Source: Pseudomonadota bacterium
GTDB taxonomy: Bacteria; Pseudomonadota; Gammaproteobacteria; Steroidobacterales; SZUA-146
Length of the DNA: 64,000 nt
Reading direction: 5' to 3'
Assembly: GCA_039028935.1 (NCBI GenBank)
Contig: JBCCHD010000011.1
Span: forward strand, 24,378 to 88,377
The translations under genes and the position numbers were made by a program. Under the pieces are notes generated by a model that was given only the letters and a program-made list of their open reading frames with translations, did no database searches and was not told the origin of the DNA. How positions within the stretch are numbered: position 1 is the stretch's first letter; each line of letters begins with the position of its first letter. This document shows, piece after piece, positions 59,895 through 64,000 of the stretch.

Positions 59895-61835
59895 ATGAAC
59901 TTACGTAACACTTTCGTTATGCTGACATCCGCAGCGCTGTTCGCGCTGGCTGGTTGTGCGCAGTCTACCGGCGGCGCGAGCCAGTCGGCGGGCAGCCAAT
60001 CGGCAGCCGGTCAGTCGGCCAGTCAGTCGTCTGCTAGCCAGTCGGCCAGCCAGTCGTCGGCTAGTCAGTCGGCTAGTCAGTCTTCTGCCAGTCAGTCCGC
60101 CAGTCAGTCCGCCAGTCAGGCCAGCCAAGGCGCATCAGCCTCGGCACCCGCTGGTGACGCTGAAGACGATATGCAGGCACGCAAGCTTGCCATGCTCGAA
60201 AAAGAGCTGGCCGAGCGTGACCGTAGCATCGCCAGCATGCGCAAAGAGCTCGAAATGGCTCGCGAAGCGCAGGTATGCGAAACCAACACCGACAACATGT
60301 GTTCTGCCGGCAGCGATCTGTTCCCGCCTAACCCTCGCCCAGGTGAGTGCTACGCGCGTGTGATCGTACCCGCTAAATACGAAACCACGTCTGAAGTGAT
60401 CACGGTCAAAGAAGCGTCTGAGCGCATCGAAGTGATTCCTGCTAAGTACGCTCCCGCAACGGAACGTGTTCTGGTTAAAGCCGCCTCTTCGCGTCTCGAA
60501 ACGATTCCAGCTACCTACAAGACGGTTGAAGAACGCGTTCTGGTTCGCCCAGCAACCGTTCGTCTCGAGCAGGTACCAGCAACCTTTAAGAGCGTTGAAG
60601 AGCGTGTTCTGGTTAAGCCGGCCTCAACCCGACTGGAGAACATTCCAGCTACCTTCAAGACGGTAGAAGAGCGTGTGTTGATCAAGCCAGCTTCAACTCG
60701 CATCGAAACGATCCCGGCCCAGTACGGCCCAGGTAGTGAGCGTGTGGAAGTGAGCCCCGCTACGACCCGCTTCGAAACGGTTCCTGCTGTGTTTGAAACC
60801 CGCACCGAACAAGTGCTGGTTCGACCTGAGGCGACTCGCCTGGTGACGGTACCAGCTGAATACCGTACGGTTACCGAGCGTGTTCTGGACAAGCCTGCTC
60901 ACACTGAATGGAAACGGGCTACCGGTATTGGTTCGGGCACTGGCGTAGGTTTTGGTGGTGCAGCGGCTCAGGTTGAGCGCTATGGCGACACCGATCAGCG
61001 TATTCTCGAAACCCGTGTGGATGACACCGGTGAAGTGATGTGTTTGGTTGAAGTACCTGCAACCTATAAAACGGTTTCCAAGCAGGTTCTGGTGAAGCCC
61101 GCTTCAACACAGACAGTGGTTGTGCCTGCTGAGTACAAGACCATCTCAACGGAAGTCATGGTGAAGCCCGCTGGTACCCGCGAGATTGCGGTCCCTGCGA
61201 AATTCGCTAACGTTGACACCACTGTGGTGATCAAGCCTGCTAGCACCCGCGAAATCACGGTACCTGCTGAATACGCAACCGTGACCAAGCAGGTTATCGA
61301 CACGCCAGCAAGCGTCCGAGAAATTCCAGTGCCTGCTGAATACAAGAACGTGTCGACGCGCGTCATTGACACCCCAGCTAGCACCCGCGAAATTCCAGTG
61401 CCTGCTGAGTACAAGACGGTGAGCAAGCGCGTTATCGATACACCTGAGCGTACTCGCGAAGTGCCAATCGATGCGGTTTACAGCACGGTTGAAACCACTA
61501 AACTGGTCACTCCTGCTTCGGAGCGTCGTATTCCGGTTCCGGCCGAAACACGCACTGTGACGAACACCCGCAAAGTGTCTGAAGAGCGCATTGAGTGGCG
61601 TCCGGTTCTGTGTGAAATCAACATGACCGCCGCAAACGTAAGCGCCCTGCAGGCTGCCCTTCAGCAGACGGGTTGCTGCAAGTGTGGTCCTAACCGCAAC
61701 GAGTGCAAGATCGACGGTGTCATGGGTCCATGCACCCTGCGTGCTTCGCAGTGCTACGCGAACCGCAAAGGTCTGCCTTCGGGTGACAAGTACGTCACCA
61801 TCGAAGTCATTCGTTCGCTGGGTCTGAAGTTCTAA
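59895..61835 (+). CDS. repeat-rich lipoprotein: lipobox, S/A/Q linker, coiled coil, 16 x 23-aa repeats, C-terminal Cys-rich peptidoglycan-binding-like domain
   Basis: 646 aa. GGAGG lies 9 nt upstream of the ATG. Lipobox LFALAG|C21. See the repeat features and findings for the internal architecture. The C-terminus (ALQAALQ...IDGVMGPCTLRASQCYANRKGLPSGDKYVTIEVIRSLGL) fits the PG_binding_1 pattern. Confidence 0.85.
   Translation: MNLRNTFVMLTSAALFALAGCAQSTGGASQSAGSQSAAGQSASQSSASQSASQSSASQSASQSSASQSASQSASQASQGASASAPAGDAEDDMQARKLAMLEKELAERDRSIASMRKELEMAREAQVCETNTDNMCSAGSDLFPPNPRPGECYARVIVPAKYETTSEVITVKEASERIEVIPAKYAPATERVLVKAASSRLETIPATYKTVEERVLVRPATVRLEQVPATFKSVEERVLVKPASTRLENIPATFKTVEERVLIKPASTRIETIPAQYGPGSERVEVSPATTRFETVPAVFETRTEQVLVRPEATRLVTVPAEYRTVTERVLDKPAHTEWKRATGIGSGTGVGFGGAAAQVERYGDTDQRILETRVDDTGEVMCLVEVPATYKTVSKQVLVKPASTQTVVVPAEYKTISTEVMVKPAGTREIAVPAKFANVDTTVVIKPASTREITVPAEYATVTKQVIDTPASVREIPVPAEYKNVSTRVIDTPASTREIPVPAEYKTVSKRVIDTPERTREVPIDAVYSTVETTKLVTPASERRIPVPAETRTVTNTRKVSEERIEWRPVLCEINMTAANVSALQAALQQTGCCKCGPNRNECKIDGVMGPCTLRASQCYANRKGLPSGDKYVTIEVIRSLGLKF
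59976..60143 (+). repeat. in-frame imperfect 12/15-nt tandem repeat encoding (S)ASQS low-complexity linker
   Basis: GCYAGYCAGTCN units are repeated about 12 times. The protein reads ASQSAGSQSAAGQSASQSSASQSASQSSASQSASQSSASQSASQSASQASQGASAS. Confidence 0.9.
60366..60917 (+). repeat. repeat block 1: eight tandem 69-nt (23-aa) units
   Basis: aa 158-341. Units start at aa 158, 181, 204, 227, 250, 273, 296 and 319. Consensus [VI]PAxYxTVEERVLVKPASTRLExx. The block is preceded by GECYARVI and ends HTEWKR. Confidence 0.9.
61053..61604 (+). repeat. repeat block 2: eight tandem 69-nt (23-aa) units
   Basis: aa 387-570. Units start at aa 387, 410, 433, 456, 479, 502, 525 and 548. Consensus VPAEYKTVSxxVIxxPASTREIx. 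The block is preceded by GEVMCLVE and ends ERIEWRP(VLCE). Confidence 0.9.
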
Positions 61836-61859
61836 TCGACTTCTGACAATGCTAGATCC

Positions 61860-61896
61860 GACAGCCGCGTCCTTGTCAGGGCGCGGCTGTTTTTTT
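61860..61896 (+). terminator. rho-independent terminator of the repeat-lipoprotein gene
   Basis: ACAGCCGCG-(12 nt)-CGCGGCTGT followed by T7, 25 nt after the stop codon. Confidence 0.85.
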
Positions 61897-61928
61897 ATGC
61901 TTTTCTTATGAATAGAGGACACAACATC

Positions 61929-62573
61929 ATGCGACACCGACTCGTTTTCATCGGGTTAATCCTGCTGTCAGGGTGCGTCAGTGTTGACTACCCGGTCGAG
62001 GAAGTCGAAAAAGCCCGCCTCGGTCAAATGGTGTCGTCAGATCCCGTTGTCATCGAACAACTCGCGAGCATCGCCAAGCTCGAGCAGATGTTGCTGTCAT
62101 TGAGCCCACAGGTCGATCCATTGGAAGCGGCCAATATCGCTGGCTCTACGGTGAATTACTCGTTGGCGCTGGCTGAAGACTATGAGCTAACAAAACAACC
62201 CGTACTTCATAATGTGCTGGTCAATTACGGATTGAGACCAAGGGGACTGTGCATCCATTTCGCCGAGGACATACTGAGGATGCTGTTGGCAAAGAATCTG
62301 CAGACCTTTGACGTGTATTGGGGCGTGGCCTATCCCACCGAACGGTTTCGACTTGAACACTCATCGGCCGTGGTAACGGCCAAGGGCCATCCGTTCGAAT
62401 CCGGTATCGTGCTCGATGGCTGGCGCGACTCGGGCAAACTGTTTTTTGTTCACGTGCCCGATGACGATCGCTATAGCTGGGAATTATTCGACGATAAGGT
62501 CACTCAAGAACATCGACTAAAAAAAGCACGTGAAGCTCAAGAAGCACTGGAGTCGACGACATCCTCGGAGTGA
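61929..62573 (+). CDS. hypothetical lipoprotein
   Basis: MRHRLVFIGLILLSG|C lipobox. The ATG at 61929 has a GAGGA 10 nt upstream; the track start at 61908 is also possible. No motif recognised. Confidence 0.6.
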   Translation: MRHRLVFIGLILLSGCVSVDYPVEEVEKARLGQMVSSDPVVIEQLASIAKLEQMLLSLSPQVDPLEAANIAGSTVNYSLALAEDYELTKQPVLHNVLVNYGLRPRGLCIHFAEDILRMLLAKNLQTFDVYWGVAYPTERFRLEHSSAVVTAKGHPFESGIVLDGWRDSGKLFFVHVPDDDRYSWELFDDKVTQEHRLKKAREAQEALESTTSSE

Positions 62574-63280
62574 TCGCCGGTTAAAAAGCGCACCACCGAC
62601 TCAAGGCGTTGCGGCGTACCCACGTCCCACCAATAGCCTGTGTGGCGCTGTGCGGTTATCCGTTGTTCGGCAATCCATGTGCGCAGCAAAGGACCGAGCG
62701 GCACTTTCCCCTGTACCGCAGAAAATAATGAGGGTCGATAAAGACCAATACCGCTGTACGTAAAGGTGCGTGTGTGCTCGGGAGTCGGTGGACACAACAG
62801 ACGCTGTCGCTCATTGTGCACGGGACTCGCCTTAGCACTGAACGCGAAGTCACCGAGTCGATGATGAGGTGGATTCGGCACCATCACCAAATGCGCATCA
62901 ATCGAGGCACCCAGTTCAACTCCCCGGAGACGGTGCAGACCAAAATCGGTCCAAACGTCACCATTGACAACCAAAAACGGATCACTGCCCAGCAGCGGCA
63001 GAGCCTGCGCAATCCCGCCCGCTGTCTCGAGTGCACCCTGAGATTCATGCGAGTACTGAATGCGTACGCCAAATCGTGAACCGTCTCCGAGTGTCTGAGT
63101 AATCTGTTCCGCCAGGTAGGCCACATTAATTACGATGTCCCCAATGCCAGCAGACGCCAGTGCACGAATGTGATACTCGATGAGTGGCATATGCGCTAAA
63201 TCCAGCATCGGCTTGGGCGTTTGTTCAGTCAGCGCCCCCATACGCGTGCCCCGCCCCGCTGCAAAGATCATGGCTTTCAT
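62537..63280 (-). CDS. murU: N-acetylmuramate alpha-1-phosphate uridylyltransferase (MurU-type nucleotidyltransferase)
   Basis: MKAMIFAAGRGTRMGALTEQTPKPML is the sugar-nucleotidyltransferase loop. Has an ATGA overlap with the upstream kinase gene. The AmgK-MurU pairing is as in Pseudomonas. Confidence 0.75.
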   Translation of the reverse strand: MKAMIFAAGRGTRMGALTEQTPKPMLDLAHMPLIEYHIRALASAGIGDIVINVAYLAEQITQTLGDGSRFGVRIQYSHESQGALETAGGIAQALPLLGSDPFLVVNGDVWTDFGLHRLRGVELGASIDAHLVMVPNPPHHRLGDFAFSAKASPVHNERQRLLCPPTPEHTRTFTYSGIGLYRPSLFSAVQGKVPLGPLLRTWIAEQRITAQRHTGYWWDVGTPQRLESVVRFLTGDHSEDVVDSSAS

Positions 63281-64000
63281 CGCGTCCCCCTATCGAGCCG
63301 TGGCCAAACGCGCTCTTCAATCCATTGCCCAAATCGATGATAGGTCGGTATTGATTGGGCAGCTTCGAGAAGATAAAACACGGTACGCGGCAGATCGTTG
63401 AGATAGCCAGCCTTGCCGTCACGATGCCAAAGTCGTGCAAAAATGCCGGCGGCCTTCAGATGACGCTGGATGCCCATTGCGGCGAATTGTTTACGCGTGA
63501 GAGAGTCGTCCTGCAGGCCCTGCTGCGCTCGGGACACGAAGTAGTCCAACAGGTGATGCTGATCGTCGTAACTTAGACGCACGTAGCAATCTTTGAGCAG
63601 CGAAACACAGTCGTACAACACCGGTCCATACATGGCGTCCTGAAAATCAATCACACCGATACTCAGTTCGGCCGCGTCCTCACGCGCATTTCGGATCATG
63701 AGATTGCGGCTGTGGTAATCGCGGTGTACGAATGCGCGCGGCTGACTGAGCGCATCGTCCACGAGCTGCCGTTGTACCGAGCGCCATAACCGGTCATCAC
63801 TCAATGACCAGCTCAGACTCAAATGACGGTCGATGAGCCAGATTCGAAACAACGCCATCTCCTCGCGCAAGTAGGCCTCATCGAAGGGCGGTAGATCCGC
63901 GCTTGGCGCACGCTGAAGCACAAGCAGATCATCCAGCGCGCGCTCATAGACTCGACGTTCCGCTGCACTGAGTGTGGCGCCATCTGCAGGATGGCCCAGA
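63277..64000 (-). CDS. amgK: anomeric MurNAc/GlcNAc kinase (AmgK-type aminoglycoside-phosphotransferase fold), N-terminus beyond window
   Basis: Catalytic loop VHRDYHSRNLMI and IDFQDAMYGP. The frame stays open upstream of the track start (63921) to the window end at 64000 (…LGHPADGATLSAAERRVYERALDDLLVLQRAPS…). Confidence 0.75.
   Translation of the reverse strand, partial: LGHPADGATLSAAERRVYERALDDLLVLQRAPSADLPPFDEAYLREEMALFRIWLIDRHLSLSWSLSDDRLWRSVQRQLVDDALSQPRAFVHRDYHSRNLMIRNAREDAAELSIGVIDFQDAMYGPVLYDCVSLLKDCYVRLSYDDQHHLLDYFVSRAQQGLQDDSLTRKQFAAMGIQRHLKAAGIFARLWHRDGKAGYLNDLPRTVFYLLEAAQSIPTYHRFGQWIEERVWPRLDRGTR

Noticed and set aside
61146-61937. 263-aa minus-strand ORF (plus 60515-60892 and 61064-61426) antisense to the repeat-lipoprotein gene
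   Set aside because: These are open only because the sense-strand repeats avoid codons whose complements are stops. They are R/S/T/V/G-rich and themselves periodic. The sense gene has a Shine-Dalgarno, a signal peptide and a terminator.

Overview
A 64-kb chromosomal window from a roughly 57-60% GC Gammaproteobacterium. The gene order resembles Pseudomonas or marine Cellvibrionales-type genomes, which is an inference from synteny only. The window is densely coding and mostly core housekeeping.

Gene content, left to right:
- a truncated acyltransferase
- an Mla-like MCE/ABC lipid-transport paralog
- two monoheme cytochromes c
- a cNMP-GGDEF protein divergent from a kinase-like gene
- a PAS histidine kinase, a NarL-type regulator and a pseudo-receiver
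- icd directly coupled to aceK
- an OmpA-like protein
- an EF-hand periplasmic protein followed by an orphan sigma-54 activator
- a six-gene translationally coupled cluster: RDD, SpoIIM-like, DUF4129, DUF4350, MoxR, DUF58
- tRNA-Met and an MscS-type channel
- the classic block ychF-pth-rplY-prs-tRNA-Gln-lolB-TPR | hemA-prfA, lacking ispE and with prmC displaced by an inserted GNAT/CGL/CBS block
- msrPQ
- gatCAB with hslO translationally coupled to gatB
- a 12-gene cell-wall and lipoate run: mreBCD-mrdA-rodA-mltB-rlpA-dac-dat-ybeD-lipB-lipA
- a 646-aa repeat lipoprotein and a small lipoprotein
- murU and amgK

I found no rRNA, CRISPR array, transposase, integrase, prophage or recognisable defence genes.

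Two loci are the best candidates for undescribed biology:
1. The lipoprotein at 59895-61835. It is built from sixteen exact 23-aa repeats in two Cys-capped blocks, between a coiled coil and a Cys-rich peptidoglycan-binding domain.
2. The MoxR/DUF58 six-gene membrane cluster at 18854-25528.

A roughly 760-bp non-coding tract upstream of the EF-hand/sigma-54-activator pair is a weaker third candidate.

All family assignments come from reading motifs by eye and from memory. No database search was run.
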